From Aquificaceae bacterium (GTDB taxonomy: Bacteria > Aquificota > Aquificia > Aquificales > Aquificaceae), in assembly GCA_037925075.1 (NCBI GenBank), contig JAXSNR010000002.1:1-64000 (forward strand): a DNA stretch of 64,000 bases. The letters run 5' to 3'. The first letter of the stretch is position 1. Each line of letters begins with the position of its first letter. Shown here piece after piece: positions 38,924 through 48,934 of the stretch. Made by a program: the position numbers and the translations under genes. Below the pieces are notes generated by a model. It made no database searches. It saw nothing but the letters and a program-made list of their open reading frames with translations, and was not told the DNA's origin.

Positions 38924-40629
38924 CAGTATTTCCTTTCTGCGGGTTGATGATGGGTTATTTTTACATCTATGTATTCTATCTTGAGCTTATCCCCCTCCTG
39001 CCAAACAAGGGTATGTTTTAGAAAGTTTTCATCGTCCCTTTCTGGGTAGTCTTCCCTGTAATGCCCGCCCCTTGACTCTTTTCTGTGAAGGGCACAGTGG
39101 GCAACAGCCCTCGCAAGGTAAAGCATGTTCCTGAGTTCAAGAAGCTCTATAAGGTTTGTGTTAAATACTTTGCTTTTATCCACCAAGGGGACGTGGTTCC
39201 ATCTTTCAATCAGTTCAGAAAGCTCTTCGTAGGCAGAGGTGAGAGATTTTTCATCCCTAAAAATACCCATCTTCTCCCAGGTTATCTCACCCATCTTCCT
39301 TCTTATGTCCGCAAGCTTTTCATAACCTTCCCTTTTCATAAGGCTTTCTATAAACTCTTTGCCCTTTATCTCCTCATCGGGTGAAAAGTCAAGGAAATCC
39401 ACCTGCTTTGCGTATTCCCTTGCGGATATTCCACAGAATTTGCCAAAAACGAGTAGTTCTATTAGGGAGTTTCCTCCAAGCCTGTTGGCACCATGCACAG
39501 ACACGCAGGCGCATTCACCTACCGCATACAGACCCTCAAGGGGTGTGGAAGAGGTCATATAGTTTTCTACATGAATGCCACCCATACAGTAGTGGGCGGT
39601 TGGCCTTATGGGTACGGGGTCATATACTGGGTCCACACCTTCAAAGTCTATGGCAAGCTGACGCACCTGAGGAAGCCTTTCCTTTATCTTTTTCTCTCCC
39701 AGGTGCCTAAGGTCCAAAAGCACATAGGCGGATGTGCCTTCTCCAAAGCCTCTACCCTCTCTTATCTCATATTCAATAGCCCTTGAAACCATATCGCGAG
39801 GGGCAAGCTCCATTTTTTCCGGTGCGTACCTTGACATAAAGCGTTCACCCAGCTTGTTTATAAGGTATCCGCCTTCTCCACGACAGGCTTCTGATAGCAA
39901 TATGCCTGTCTTTGCAAGACCTGTGGGATGGAACTGGATAAACTCTATGTCTTTTAGGGGGAGGCCGTTAAGCAAGGCTACTGCCACTCCATCACCCGTA
40001 TTTCCTACCGCGTTGGTACTTCTCTGCCAGTATATGCGCGCAAAACCACCCGTGGCAAGGACCACAGCCTTTGCCCTTAGGTTTATCACTTCACCGTTTT
40101 TTATGTCGTATATGGAAACGCCTTTGACCCTTTTTCCATCGTGAATAAGGTCAAGGAGGAAAAACTCGTTGAAAAAGTCTATGTTTTCCCTTGCTAGAGC
40201 TTGTTCAAAGAGTGTATGCAAAAGCACATGCCCAGTCCTGTCCGCGGAATATACGGTCCTTGGAAAGGATGCACCGCCGAAAGGTCTTTGGGCAATCCTG
40301 CCGTCCTCCATCCTTGAGAAGGGAACACCCCAACGGTCAAGCTCATGGACCACTTCAGGTGCATGCTTGCACATAAAATAGACTGCATCTTGATCCGCGA
40401 GGAAGTCTGAGCCCTTTATAGTATCAAAGGCGTGAGCCTCTGGACTGTCTTGAGGGACCGCATTCCCCAAGGCTGCGTTTAGACCTCCCTGTGCTGCACC
40501 TGTGTGTGAGCGTGTGGGATAGACCTTAGAAACCACCGCAACCCTTATGGATGGGTCCCTTGCACACTCTATGGCGGTGCGAAGCCCAGCACCACCAGCA
40601 CCAACAACCACCACATGGTAACTTCTCAT
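38923..40629 (-). CDS. frdA: Fumarate reductase / succinate dehydrogenase flavoprotein
   Basis: GAGGAG, RSHTGAAQGG, QFHPT, SEACRGEG, HYCMGG, HGANRLG, ESRG.H. Confidence 0.9.
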   Translation of the reverse strand: MRSYHVVVVGAGGAGLRTAIECARDPSIRVAVVSKVYPTRSHTGAAQGGLNAALGNAVPQDSPEAHAFDTIKGSDFLADQDAVYFMCKHAPEVVHELDRWGVPFSRMEDGRIAQRPFGGASFPRTVYSADRTGHVLLHTLFEQALARENIDFFNEFFLLDLIHDGKRVKGVSIYDIKNGEVINLRAKAVVLATGGFARIYWQRSTNAVGNTGDGVAVALLNGLPLKDIEFIQFHPTGLAKTGILLSEACRGEGGYLINKLGERFMSRYAPEKMELAPRDMVSRAIEYEIREGRGFGEGTSAYVLLDLRHLGEKKIKERLPQVRQLAIDFEGVDPVYDPVPIRPTAHYCMGGIHVENYMTSSTPLEGLYAVGECACVSVHGANRLGGNSLIELLVFGKFCGISAREYAKQVDFLDFSPDEEIKGKEFIESLMKREGYEKLADIRRKMGEITWEKMGIFRDEKSLTSAYEELSELIERWNHVPLVDKSKVFNTNLIELLELRNMLYLARAVAHCALHRKESRGGHYREDYPERDDENFLKHTLVWQEGDKLKIEYIDVKITHHQPAERKY

Positions 40630-40645
40630 GGCTTTAAATTTTAAC

Positions 40646-41302
40646 CTATATTATCTTCAGTACATAGAAGGTGAGTACAAGACAGGCTATAAATATGACA
40701 AGTCCATAGGTTTTGTAGAGCCATGTATGGGTCCTATAAAAGCCTGTATCTACCTGTCTTATAGTTCTGTAGAAGTTAAACATGCCAAGCATAAGGGTAA
40801 GCAAGCCTACCGCTATAACAAATACGCCTATTCCCACAAGTTGGTGATGTTCCTGTGAGAGGTGAAGGTTAAAGACCTTTTCAAGCTGGACAAGAAAAAA
40901 CTCAAACTTTTCTATGACAAAGCCGAAGACTATGAGAGCTATGGATGTCCTTACCCAAGCAAGAAAGGTTCTTTCCGCTGCCATGTAGATCCTTGGGTCT
41001 ATAACTTCCTTGGGACTCACAGAAATGCCTCCATCTAAGTATTTTATGTCAAAGTAAAAGATGAGAACACCTACAAGAAGTACAATAACTCCACCTAGGG
41101 CTGAAGTCTTTGCGACCAGGTCAATAAGCACGGAGATATGTATCTTCTGGCTTATGATTGCAAGCGTCTCAAGCTTTCTAAGCACCACGCCAAAGGACAG
41201 TATGTAAAGGGCAAGCCTTATGTAGCCTAAGTAGGTTCGTTCTACGGACATGTATATACGGGCGTCCCTTGCGGAAGGGAGCTTATCCCTTAGTATCAAC
41301 AT
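40646..41302 (-). CDS. YidH/DUF202 family membrane protein with two repeats
   Basis: ERTYLGYIR and AAERTFLAWVRT motifs. Confidence 0.8.
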   Translation of the reverse strand: MLILRDKLPSARDARIYMSVERTYLGYIRLALYILSFGVVLRKLETLAIISQKIHISVLIDLVAKTSALGGVIVLLVGVLIFYFDIKYLDGGISVSPKEVIDPRIYMAAERTFLAWVRTSIALIVFGFVIEKFEFFLVQLEKVFNLHLSQEHHQLVGIGVFVIAVGLLTLMLGMFNFYRTIRQVDTGFYRTHTWLYKTYGLVIFIACLVLTFYVLKII

Positions 41303-41306
41303 AATC

Positions 41307-42470
41307 TTACAAAAGCTCCAAAGGTACAGGTCCAAGCCTGCTAAGCTTTTTCCTTATTATATCTTGCGAATACTTCTCTAAGTAATAGACTATAGTTTCC
41401 ACTCTTATTTTTATGCTACCTGCGGGCTTTGTCTCATCCAGCTCACCAAACTTAAAGTAAAGGGTGCCAGAGCTCTCTACAATCTTCTGCACCGGTGTAA
41501 AGGTGGGTTGGTCCATGCCACACTCATAGCTGGAAAGCCTTATAACCCCTGTAATCCATGGAAGCCTTGCGGAAAACTTGGCACCCCAGATAATCTCGTT
41601 GGTGTTAGAGCTGTAGGAGGAGGTCCATACATCTGAGATGTCAAAGTAGCTTTTTATTATGCCCGCTTTTACCTCATCTCCAAAGAGCCACTCCAAAAGC
41701 CACTCGTGCAAGGGAAGGTAGTTGTACCAAAGGACTGGGTATCCATAGACTTGAAACTCCCCGTCTATATCGTGCCCTATTCCTGGGTCCATGTGATAGG
41801 GTCTTGCAAGTACCAAAAGGGCTGGTCTGTTGTTTTTTGCGCACCATCTGATTATCTCAAGGCTTTTTTCTCTCATATTTCTCTCAAAGTTCTCAAGAGC
41901 TTTAAAGCCTTCTTTTACCGCTTTTGCGGTCTCTTCAAGGGTTAGCCCAGGTATATGGTCCTTTAGAGATTCCCAAAGGTACTTGGGCAAAAACTCAGGC
42001 TCCGCAAAGGGTACAAAGGGAGAGACAAACCTTATACCCCTTTCTGAAAACTCGTCCCTTTCTCTTAGAAAGCCAGCCTTTATGTTTTCCACGCTCATCA
42101 TCACCCGGGTGCAAGAGAGGGTATCCATCACATGGCCCCTTAAAAAAGAGGGCAAGGAGTATATCAGGGGAACAAAAAGAAGGTTTATATCCTTGTGGAG
42201 AAGCTCTCCCATGTGCCCCGCCAAAGCCTTAACGGGATAGCATGAGTCCATGGTTATCCTTCCCTTGCCATACTGTCTGTATTGATCTTCAGAGGTCTCT
42301 GAGCTGAAAACTATCTTGCCAACACCAAGGCTTTGGAAAAAGCCCACCCAAAACTGGTGCGTACCCCAGATGTTTAGAAACCTTGGAATCCCTACCTTAG
42401 TGGACCTTCTGTCCCCTTGGGACCCTAAAGGCCTCCTTTTTAACAAAGTCAGCGATGTTAGGAAACTCAT
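41307..42470 (-). CDS. DUF2229-like acyl-CoA dehydratase-activase-associated domain; possibly the frameshifted C-terminus of the upstream gene
   Basis: VGIPRFLN, CYPVK...GH, LARPYHMDPG, SSYECGMD. Confidence 0.7.
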   Translation of the reverse strand: MSFLTSLTLLKRRPLGSQGDRRSTKVGIPRFLNIWGTHQFWVGFFQSLGVGKIVFSSETSEDQYRQYGKGRITMDSCYPVKALAGHMGELLHKDINLLFVPLIYSLPSFLRGHVMDTLSCTRVMMSVENIKAGFLRERDEFSERGIRFVSPFVPFAEPEFLPKYLWESLKDHIPGLTLEETAKAVKEGFKALENFERNMREKSLEIIRWCAKNNRPALLVLARPYHMDPGIGHDIDGEFQVYGYPVLWYNYLPLHEWLLEWLFGDEVKAGIIKSYFDISDVWTSSYSSNTNEIIWGAKFSARLPWITGVIRLSSYECGMDQPTFTPVQKIVESSGTLYFKFGELDETKPAGSIKIRVETIVYYLEKYSQDIIRKKLSRLGPVPLELL

Positions 42471-44559
42471 GCTTTATCCTCTCCATCCTTTCCTTGACCA
42501 CCTTCAGCTCCCTCTCGTCCTCCACAAGACCCTTAGGACATGCGTTATTTACAATCAGCCTTATCCAACCCTTCTCAAGAGGCACCTTACTCCAAGGTCT
42601 TCCTTCACCCTCGCCAATATAAACATCTATAAAGCTCCTTTGACAGTTTACGGGACACCAACCGCATACGGTTTCCTTTGAGGTGGTGGACCTGTAGGTT
42701 AGCCTTTTTATACTTTCAAAGCTTCTGAAGGAGGTTTTGCCATGTTTTTGATAGTGTTCAAGAGCCACAAGGGCTACGCCTATTGCCCCAGCCTCGCCTG
42801 AATAGGGATGTACATATATTTCCGCATCTGGCACTTTGGACTTTATAAAGTCTATCTGAGCTTTTACCACTGCCAAGTTTTTATGCGTTCCACCCTGAAG
42901 GATAAACTTTTTGCCCACCTGTGCCAAGTTGTTTATGTTGCCCGCATAGACCCAAACGTTCAAAGGTAAAACATGACAGAGTCCCGCCAAGATCTCCTCC
43001 GCCTTCCAGCCCTTTCTTTGCTGGTTTACTATGTCGCTTTGCAAAAAGACTCCACAGCCCATGGTAAAGTTTGGCATTGCCTTTGCGGAAAAAGCCCTGT
43101 CCGCTATCTCCTGTAAAGGAATGCCAAACCTTTCCGCCACACCCTGAAGAAAAGCCCCGTTTCCTGAAGAACATTGAGAGTTTAGCCTAAAATCCACCAC
43201 AGAACCCTGACGCAAGATCATTATCTTTACATCTACTCCACCCACATCGCATATACAGTCCGCATCTGGAAAGAAGTAAAGCCCTGCGGTCGCATGGGCA
43301 ACAGTTTCCACCACCGCCACATCCGCACCAAGCACATCCTTTAGTAGGTCCTTGCCGTAGCCCGTAAGCCCAAGGGCAAGCACTTTTCCGCCCCCTAAAT
43401 AATCCTCTATCTGTTTAAATATCTCCTTTGCGTCCTCTATGGGATTTCCCTTGCTAAGGCTATAACAAGAAAAGACTATCTCCTTTTCCGGTGTTATGCA
43501 TACAGCCTTGGCGGTGGTTGAACCAAAATCACAGCCTATTATGACCTCCTTAGCCTTCTTTGGTACAATCTTGTTTTCCACCACGTAAGAGTACCTTCTT
43601 TTGAACTCAATAAGCTCCTCCTCAGAGGATATAAGCCCCCTTTTGCCTTCCTTCATCTTCCGCTCGTACTGACCCTCTTCCACCCACCAACGAAGCTTTT
43701 CAGTACCTTCATAAACTCCCACATTTTCTTCAAGGGCTGTGAATATACAGCCAAGAGAAGCGTAGTAAAGAGAGTTTTCGGGTACGAATACAAGCTCTTG
43801 CATCTCCTCTTTGCTGAAATCCCCAATGCCCCTTTCCTTCCATATCCTCTGAAGATGAAACCTCCAGGCGGACTGAAGCCCTTTAAAGAAAAGGTTAGGA
43901 CCTCCAAGAAGTAACACCTTTGGAAGTGGTGTGTTTCCCTTTGTAAGCTGAGCGAGGTTTTGATAGACTACTGCCTCAAACAAGGAAGCTATTATTTCTT
44001 CTGTAGGTACCCCCGCCTTTACAAGGGAGTTTACATCCGCCTCCGCAAATATGCCACACTTGGAGCTTATCCTATGAAGTGTATAGCCCTCATAACCCAT
44101 CTGAGAAAGGACTTGAGGCTCTATGCCCAGCCTTCTTGCGGACTTTTCTATAAAGCTTCCCGTTCCACCCGCACAGACATTTTGCATATAAACGTGCCTG
44201 TTTCTTTTACCCTCCTGTTCCTTTATGAAGATGGTCTTCATATCCTCCCCACCTATCTCGCTTACAAACCTCACATCGGGATGTAGCCTTTCCACAGCTG
44301 TGGCAACCGCCACCACCTCTTGCACAAAACGAGCACCTATAAGCTCACCTATAAAACCTCCACCTGAGCCTGTAATATAAACCCTGTCCCTTCCCTGCTT
44401 TAAGCCAAAGTTGTCCTCAAGCCTGATTAGAAACTCCAGAACCTTCTCCGCCTGTTTTGTGTGATGTCTTTCGTATGCCTTGTCTAAGATGTTGCCCTTT
44501 TCATCGGTCAATACATACTTACAGGTGGTGCTACCCACATCTATACCAAGCAAAAGCAT
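42397..44559 (-). CDS. BadF/BadG/BcrA/BcrD-type CoA-substrate enzyme activase (two ASKHA domains)
   Basis: GIDVGSTT and GCDFGSTT, CAGGTG, CSSGNG. Confidence 0.85.
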   Translation of the reverse strand: MLLLGIDVGSTTCKYVLTDEKGNILDKAYERHHTKQAEKVLEFLIRLEDNFGLKQGRDRVYITGSGGGFIGELIGARFVQEVVAVATAVERLHPDVRFVSEIGGEDMKTIFIKEQEGKRNRHVYMQNVCAGGTGSFIEKSARRLGIEPQVLSQMGYEGYTLHRISSKCGIFAEADVNSLVKAGVPTEEIIASLFEAVVYQNLAQLTKGNTPLPKVLLLGGPNLFFKGLQSAWRFHLQRIWKERGIGDFSKEEMQELVFVPENSLYYASLGCIFTALEENVGVYEGTEKLRWWVEEGQYERKMKEGKRGLISSEEELIEFKRRYSYVVENKIVPKKAKEVIIGCDFGSTTAKAVCITPEKEIVFSCYSLSKGNPIEDAKEIFKQIEDYLGGGKVLALGLTGYGKDLLKDVLGADVAVVETVAHATAGLYFFPDADCICDVGGVDVKIMILRQGSVVDFRLNSQCSSGNGAFLQGVAERFGIPLQEIADRAFSAKAMPNFTMGCGVFLQSDIVNQQRKGWKAEEILAGLCHVLPLNVWVYAGNINNLAQVGKKFILQGGTHKNLAVVKAQIDFIKSKVPDAEIYVHPYSGEAGAIGVALVALEHYQKHGKTSFRSFESIKRLTYRSTTSKETVCGWCPVNCQRSFIDVYIGEGEGRPWSKVPLEKGWIRLIVNNACPKGLVEDERELKVVKERMERIKHEFPNIADFVKKEAFRVPRGQKVH

Positions 44560-44562
44560 GTC

Positions 44563-46074
44563 TTAGACCCTCCCCATAAGCTTTGCCACGTGCATCACAT
44601 AGTTGCTTGCGGTACCCACATAGCCATAGTGTGGCACCTTGTAGGTGGCTCTTTTTAGCTTGGGATGTTCCTCTTCAAAGTTCCTTATGTCTTCCAAAGT
44701 TAGCCCTGTCTTTTCCAAAACCTCCTCAAACTCCTCCTTTGCCCTTCTTTTTGCCTCCGTGAGTATCATCTGACATCTTGAATAGGCATGTACCTCCGCA
44801 TCTCCCTTTATCTCAATAGGTGCATAAAGTAAGTCTGGATAATCACCCAATACCTTTGCCATGGCACCCACCGACATGGTGTTAGGAAGGCATCCGTATG
44901 GAGAAAGCTCACATATCATATGTGCCTGCTTGTTCAGATAAGCGTAAAGGGCTTTGCCAATAAGCATATGCCCCTCTCCACCTGTGAGCCTGTAGTGGAA
45001 ATAAGGTCTTGCCAAGTCCCTTAGCTTTCTCTGGTCTGGAAGCGGGTTTGGTATATCCCCTAAGGCTTTTCTGAGTCTGTTATAGACCCTTCTATAAAGC
45101 CTTGCTATAGTCCATATGGCAAGCTTTTTAAGATAATAGTTTTTCACAAAGCCCTTGGCATCTTCCACCTTGAAAAGCTCCATGTTTATCAGATAGTCCA
45201 TCCACACAGCGATAGGTGGTGGTATTACCTCCGCACCCTCCTTTTCAAGCCACCCTTTTATGTTGTAGTTGCCCTCCCCCTCATGGGTCTGTAGCCAAAA
45301 CTCGCCGGTTATCTTCACCTTTGGCTTTACCCTGAGCCTATCCATCTCCACCTCATCCCAAAGCCTTTTTACCTCTTTGAGTGCATCCGCAAAGTAGCCC
45401 GTAAATACATGCCAAAGCAAGGAATCTAACTTTTTACCTTTTATGGGTCTGTTTTTGAGCTTTTCGTAAAGTAGTTCAACGCTTTCCTTTATAACCCTGT
45501 CGGTGGAGCCTTCAACTACCTCGTAGGGTCTTACCGCATACTCCATATCCGTTATAAGGTCTCCGTAAAACATGGAATAGACAAGTCCAAAGGTAAGAGG
45601 CATACTTATTTCTAAGCCACCACCGGGTGCGGACTGTTCCATCTGAAGAAGGTCAAGCAAGAAGAGCCTAAAGTCCCTAAGGCTTAAACCTTCAAGGACC
45701 CTTTCGTAAGACTCGTGATATTGACCAAACCTACAGGGTCCGCAGGCTCCTATGGTCACAAAGATGTAATTGTTTTTTACTCCTTCTTCTCCTTCCTTTT
45801 CCCTAAGGTTTGTCAGCGTTCTTGCCAGATTTCCGGCGGTAAAGGTGGTAGGACAGCAAGCCCCCACATCTATAAACTCCTTCCCTATGTCTAAGTCCTG
45901 TCTTTCTATCTGAGGCAAAGGCTGGCTTTTGTAGCCCATCCTCTCAAGGGAGCCCTGTATGAGCCTTTCGTGCTTCCAAGTGAGACCACCAAAGAGTATG
46001 GTGGTTTTTGGTCTTTCTTCTTTTGTAAAAGGTCTTGGTCTGTATGCTCTATAATGAACCTCCCTTGTTTCCAT
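44563..46074 (-). CDS. 2-hydroxyacyl-CoA dehydratase-related component
   Basis: CCPTTFTAG, CGPCRFGQY, GGEGHM, SPYGCLPN. Confidence 0.75.
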   Translation of the reverse strand: METREVHYRAYRPRPFTKEERPKTTILFGGLTWKHERLIQGSLERMGYKSQPLPQIERQDLDIGKEFIDVGACCPTTFTAGNLARTLTNLREKEGEEGVKNNYIFVTIGACGPCRFGQYHESYERVLEGLSLRDFRLFLLDLLQMEQSAPGGGLEISMPLTFGLVYSMFYGDLITDMEYAVRPYEVVEGSTDRVIKESVELLYEKLKNRPIKGKKLDSLLWHVFTGYFADALKEVKRLWDEVEMDRLRVKPKVKITGEFWLQTHEGEGNYNIKGWLEKEGAEVIPPPIAVWMDYLINMELFKVEDAKGFVKNYYLKKLAIWTIARLYRRVYNRLRKALGDIPNPLPDQRKLRDLARPYFHYRLTGGEGHMLIGKALYAYLNKQAHMICELSPYGCLPNTMSVGAMAKVLGDYPDLLYAPIEIKGDAEVHAYSRCQMILTEAKRRAKEEFEEVLEKTGLTLEDIRNFEEEHPKLKRATYKVPHYGYVGTASNYVMHVAKLMGRV

Positions 46075-46163
46075 ATTAAGCCCTCCTTAGGTTTTCTAAA
46101 AATTTATACCCTGTGGGTAATTTTCTGAAATGTTTTATGTCATAAGTGCCTATATTCTAAAGT

Positions 46164-46691
46164 ATGGGCTTGGCTGAAAAGTACCCTATGAAATATACAG
46201 TGGAAGACTGGAAGCACTGGCAAGGAGATTGGGAGCTTGTAGAAGGTGTTCCCTATGCCATGGCTTCGCCAAGACCCTTAAACCAAAGGCTGTTGGTGTT
46301 AATTGCTTTGCTTTTAGAGACAAAACTAAAAGATAATTGTCCAAGCTGTGCGGTTTTCGTGGAGCTTGACTGGTATATCTCTTTTGACACAGTTATCCGA
46401 CCAGATTTAATGGTTTTTTGCGGAGAGATTCCAGAAAGAGTAGAAAAGCCACCTTACATGGTTGTTGAGATAGTCTCACCTTCAAGCAAGCAGATTGACG
46501 AAGGCTTGAAGTTTGAGCTTTGTGAAAGGGAAGGTGTTAAATACTTTGTGCTTGTTTATACAGATGAAAAATCTGTAAGGGTTTTTGAGCTTTTAATGGG
46601 CAAATACAAGGAAAAAACAGATAGACGCTTTATCTTTGAAGATTGCGAGGTAGAAATAAACCTTGAGGAGGCTTTTCATGGGCTTGGCTGA
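46164..46691 (+). CDS. Uma2 family (DUF820) PD-(D/E)xK nuclease, copy 1
   Basis: WELVEG...MASP, IRPDL, VVEIVSPS, GVKYF.LV. Confidence 0.88.
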   Translation: MGLAEKYPMKYTVEDWKHWQGDWELVEGVPYAMASPRPLNQRLLVLIALLLETKLKDNCPSCAVFVELDWYISFDTVIRPDLMVFCGEIPERVEKPPYMVVEIVSPSSKQIDEGLKFELCEREGVKYFVLVYTDEKSVRVFELLMGKYKEKTDRRFIFEDCEVEINLEEAFHGLG

Positions 46692-47202
46692 AAAGTACCC
46701 TGTGAAATACACGGTGGAAGATTGGAAAAACTGGCAGGGAGACTGGGAGCTGGTGGAAGGTATTCCCTACGCTATGGCCTCGCCAAGACCGATTAATCAG
46801 ATTACACTTGGAAAACTTTCACGACTTATAGGAGATGCATTAGATAAATGTCCAGATTGCCTGATTGCGGTTGAGCTTGACTGGTATATCTCTTTTGATA
46901 CGGTTATCAGACCAGATTTAATGATTTTATGTGGAGAGATTCCAGAAAGAGTAGAAAAGCCACCTTACATGGTTGTTGAAGTAGTCTCACCTTCAAGCAG
47001 GCAAATTGATGAAGGCTTAAAGTTTGAGCTTTGTGAAAGGGAAGGTGTTAAATACTTCGTGCTTGTCTATCCTGATGAAAAAGCTGTAAGGGTTTTTGAG
47101 CTTGTGGGAGGTAGATATAAACAAAAAACAGACAGATACTTTAGCTTTGGGGATTGCGAGGTAGAAATAAACCTTGAGGAGGCTTTTCATGGGCTTGGCT
47201 GA
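46678..47202 (+). CDS. Uma2 family nuclease, copy 2
   Basis: Same motifs; ATG inside the copy-1 tail after SD GAGGAGG. Confidence 0.88.
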   Translation: MGLAEKYPVKYTVEDWKNWQGDWELVEGIPYAMASPRPINQITLGKLSRLIGDALDKCPDCLIAVELDWYISFDTVIRPDLMILCGEIPERVEKPPYMVVEVVSPSSRQIDEGLKFELCEREGVKYFVLVYPDEKAVRVFELVGGRYKQKTDRYFSFGDCEVEINLEEAFHGLG

Positions 47203-47722
47203 AAAGTACCCTGTGAAATACACGGTGGAAGATTGGAAAAATTGGCAAGGAGACTGGGAGCTGGTAGAAGGCGTTCCCTACGCTATGGCTTCGCCAAGAC
47301 CAGTAAATCGGTACATCCTTGTAAGACTTTCACAAATGCTTGCCAATATCTTTGATACTGTACAGGGTTGCGAGCAGTGTGCGGTTTTCGTGGAGCTTGA
47401 CTGGTATATCTCTTTTGACACAGTTATCAGACCAGATTTAATGGTTTTATGTGGAGAGATTCCAGAAAGAGTAGAAAAACCGCCTTATATGATTGTTGAA
47501 GTAGTTTCACCTTCAAGCAAACAGATAGACGAAGGCTTGAAGTTTGAGCTTTGTGAAAGGGAAGGTGTTAAATACTTCGTGCTTGTCTATCCAGATGAAA
47601 AAGCTGTAAGGGTTTTTGAACTTGTGGAAAGCAAATACAGGGAAAAAACGGACAAAAACTTTAACTTTAAAGAGTGTGAGGTGGAGATTGACTTTACAAA
47701 AGCCTTTGAGAGGCTAAGGTGA
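47189..47722 (+). CDS. Uma2 family nuclease, copy 3
   Basis: Same motifs and identical junction sequence. Confidence 0.88.
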   Translation: MGLAEKYPVKYTVEDWKNWQGDWELVEGVPYAMASPRPVNRYILVRLSQMLANIFDTVQGCEQCAVFVELDWYISFDTVIRPDLMVLCGEIPERVEKPPYMIVEVVSPSSKQIDEGLKFELCEREGVKYFVLVYPDEKAVRVFELVESKYREKTDKNFNFKECEVEIDFTKAFERLR

Positions 47723-47734
47723 TATAATAGACCT

Positions 47735-48934
47735 ATGCCAAAAAGGGTGATCCTTGCTTATTCTGGTGGTCTTGATACATCTGTTATAGTTCGTTGGCTT
47801 ACGGACAGGGGCTACGAGGTTATAACTTACACCGCGGATGTGGGTCAGGGTGAGGAGCTTTCTGAAATTCCTCAGAAGGCAAAGGCGTCTGGGGCGGTGC
47901 AAGCCATAGTGGAGGACCTAAAGGAAGAGTTTGCAAGGGAATATTGCTTGCCAACCCTTAGGGCTTTGGCTTTGTATGAGGGGAAATATCCTCTTACCGC
48001 AAGCCTTTCAAGGCCTCTGATAGCAAAAAAGCTGGTGGAGTATGCGGAAAAGCTGGATGCGGACTATGTGGCTCATGGCTCCACTGGAAAGGGCAACGAT
48101 CAGGTGAGGTTTGAGCTATCCGCCTGGGCTTTGAACCCAAACATTGAGGTAATTGCACCAGTAAGGGAATGGGAGTTTCGTTCAAGGGAAGAGGAAGTGG
48201 AATACGCACTTAAACACCACATACCTGTAAAGGCTACAAAGGACAAGCCCTATTCCATAGACAAAAACCTCTGGGGTATTTCCATAGAGTGCGGACCACT
48301 GGAAGACCCATGGGCAGAACCTCCGGAGGATGCCTTTGAATGGACCGTTTCGCCAAAGGATGCGCCAGATGAATCAGAGTATGTGGAGGTGGGTTTTGAG
48401 AAAGGTGTGCCAGTTAGCATAAACGGAGAGAGGTTTGAAAAATTAAGTGAGCTTATACTAAGGCTCAACGCCATAGCAGGAAAACACGGTGTGGGTCGTA
48501 TAGATATGGTGGAAAACAGGCTTGTGGGTATAAAAAGCAGGGAGGTTTATGAGGCACCGGGTGCCATGGTGCTTTACGAAGCATACAGAGACCTTCTTTC
48601 CCTTGTGCTTGACAGGTTTACCTTCCACTACTTTCTCACCCACATACCTCATGAGTACGCAAAGGTGGTGTATGAAGGGCTTTGGTTTTCACCCCTTAGG
48701 TATGCCATGGACGCCTTTAACTCAACCCTTGCGGAGTATGTGAAGGGAAAGGTAAGGCTTAAGCTTTACAAAGGGCATGTGCAAGTGGTGGGTAGAAGCT
48801 CTCCCAACAGCCTCTATGTGGAAGACCTTGCCACCTACTCAGAAAAGGACGCCTTTGACCATAGGGCTGGTGCAAGTTTTACAAAGGTCTTTGGATTACC
48901 TCTAAAGGTTCTGGGAAGGGTCAGAAGGGGATGA
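47735..48934 (+). CDS. argG: Argininosuccinate synthase
   Basis: LAYSGGLDTS, GKGNDQVRFE, GIKSREVYE. Confidence 0.97.
   Translation: MPKRVILAYSGGLDTSVIVRWLTDRGYEVITYTADVGQGEELSEIPQKAKASGAVQAIVEDLKEEFAREYCLPTLRALALYEGKYPLTASLSRPLIAKKLVEYAEKLDADYVAHGSTGKGNDQVRFELSAWALNPNIEVIAPVREWEFRSREEEVEYALKHHIPVKATKDKPYSIDKNLWGISIECGPLEDPWAEPPEDAFEWTVSPKDAPDESEYVEVGFEKGVPVSINGERFEKLSELILRLNAIAGKHGVGRIDMVENRLVGIKSREVYEAPGAMVLYEAYRDLLSLVLDRFTFHYFLTHIPHEYAKVVYEGLWFSPLRYAMDAFNSTLAEYVKGKVRLKLYKGHVQVVGRSSPNSLYVEDLATYSEKDAFDHRAGASFTKVFGLPLKVLGRVRRG

Larger units (their letters stand above)
46164..47722 (+). repeat. Tandem triplication, unit about 511-514 bp
   Basis: ATGGGCTTGGCTGAAAAGTACCCT at 46164, 46678 and 47189; long near-identical blocks. 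Confidence 0.93.

Noticed and set aside
46164..47722. Diversity-generating retroelement or CRISPR array explaining the Uma2 repeats
   Set aside because: No reverse transcriptase in the window, the differences are not adenine-specific and include length changes, and the units are whole genes.
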